Source of the DNA: a virus | Lineage: Duplodnaviria > Caudoviricetes | Length of the DNA: 43,371 nucleotides | Reading direction: 5' to 3' (one strand) | IMG/VR virus record: IMGVR_UViG_3300046786_000532 | Span: 1-43,371 of that record | Shown: one piece after another, positions 42,673-43,371 of the stretch | How the letters are laid out: each line of letters begins with the position of its first letter | How positions within the stretch are numbered: position 1 is the stretch's first letter | Notes under the pieces: model-generated | What the model was told of the DNA's origin: nothing | The model's input: the letters and a program-made list of their open reading frames with translations, nothing else | The model's database searches: none | Translations under genes and position numbers: made by a program

Positions 42673-43371
42673 ATGCCAATACAAGGTATACTCACAGGCG
42701 GAACGCAACCACAGGGCGGAGGTGGTCTATTTTCTGGTCTTGGGGATAAGGTACGTGCTAGAGAGGACTACGACAAGAAGAAGAACACTATTGTCAGGAG
42801 TGCTCTAAAGAAGGGCAAATCTTGGGAAGATATTTCTAAGGAGACTGGCTTAGATGTAGCAGAGGTACGATCACTATCTGAGGCCATTGATCCCAACTAC
42901 GGTATAAAGAAACCCAAGAGCCTTGTTACAACGGCTAAAGAAAATGTAAAAAAGAACATATCATCAGCCCTAGACTTCGGTGGTGCAGTAGAATCAGTTA
43001 TCCAAGATGTTACTGGTGGTACTGCTCGCAGAGAGAAACTATTAGAAGACCAACAAAAGCTTATAAGCCTACGCAAGAAGGAAATCGAGCGAAGCGGTGT
43101 TCTGTCTCCCGAAACTAAGAAGAAACTGATCGGTGAGCTAACAGCACAGCAGAGAGGTAGCTTTGCTAAGGCTACTGCTGAACGTTCTAACCAACTAGGG
43201 GAACTTAACAGGACACTAGAAGACCCAGTTATACGTGGTGGTGCAGCCTTTGGAGCTGGTGTAAAACGTAGTGGGGAAGGTGTAGCACAGGGTGTCGGTG
43301 GCATATATGATCTTGCAACACCTGGTAAGGGACAAAGTAGACTTACACAAGCAGCCACTAGGAGTGCAGAA
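42673..43371 (+). CDS. 5' part of the large ejection protein (continues at position 1)
   Basis: MPIQGILTGG... is open to the window end; 43126 is in frame with position 1. Confidence 0.75.
   Translation, partial: MPIQGILTGGTQPQGGGGLFSGLGDKVRAREDYDKKKNTIVRSALKKGKSWEDISKETGLDVAEVRSLSEAIDPNYGIKKPKSLVTTAKENVKKNISSALDFGGAVESVIQDVTGGTARREKLLEDQQKLISLRKKEIERSGVLSPETKKKLIGELTAQQRGSFAKATAERSNQLGELNRTLEDPVIRGGAAFGAGVKRSGEGVAQGVGGIYDLATPGKGQSRLTQAATRSAE
43126..43371. repeat. Terminal direct repeat, copy 2
   Basis: 246 bp match to 1-246. Confidence 0.97.

Noticed and set aside
42897-43358. Minus-strand 153 aa ORF, and similar antisense ORFs within structural genes
   Set aside because: Shadow frames of well-supported plus-strand genes
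1-43371. CRISPR array, TIGR-like array or diversity-generating retroelement
   Set aside because: No regularly spaced repeat array, no reverse transcriptase and no adenine-specific TR/VR pair seen. The terminal-repeat differences are mostly synonymous and not adenine-restricted.
1-43371. Stop-codon reassignment
   Set aside because: Core genes are full length in the standard code, and TAA, TAG and TGA all end genes with tight coupling

Overview
The window is an essentially complete ~43.1 kb tailed-phage genome. Positions 1-246 repeat at 43126-43371 with 7 SNPs, so it closes as a 43,125 bp circle. The architecture is podovirus-like and uses the standard genetic code. The plus arm (17717 to the end, continuing through 1-3883) encodes terS, terL, portal, scaffold, a DUF5309/SU10-type major capsid, a three-gene glycosylation cluster (GT2-TPR-GT-B fusion, GT2, UDP-sugar dehydrogenase), two tandem receptor-binding modules, a CHAP endolysin and holin, adaptor, nozzle and ejection proteins. 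The minus arm (17139 to 4053) encodes many small early proteins, a PD-(D/E)XK exonuclease, an SSB-like protein, RusA, an HNH endonuclease, a LexA-like wHTH protein and a secreted lytic transglycosylase. I saw no integrase, DNA polymerase, primase or helicase. Several proteins resemble those I associate with Patescibacteria/Saccharibacteria; this host assignment is an inference. The most unusual signal is a recurring RNA architecture: 24-26 bp inverted repeats, with G-U pairs only on the coding strand, individually enclose whole small ORFs or structured non-coding RNAs, and several are directly preceded by a boxA-like (YTTAACAR-type) motif. This suggests an rrn-operon-like antitermination and processing system that cuts transcripts into single-gene units. 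A fossil second copy of the dehydrogenase C-terminus marks a chimeric junction that placed two receptor-binding modules in tandem. All family assignments come from motif recognition by eye, not database searches.
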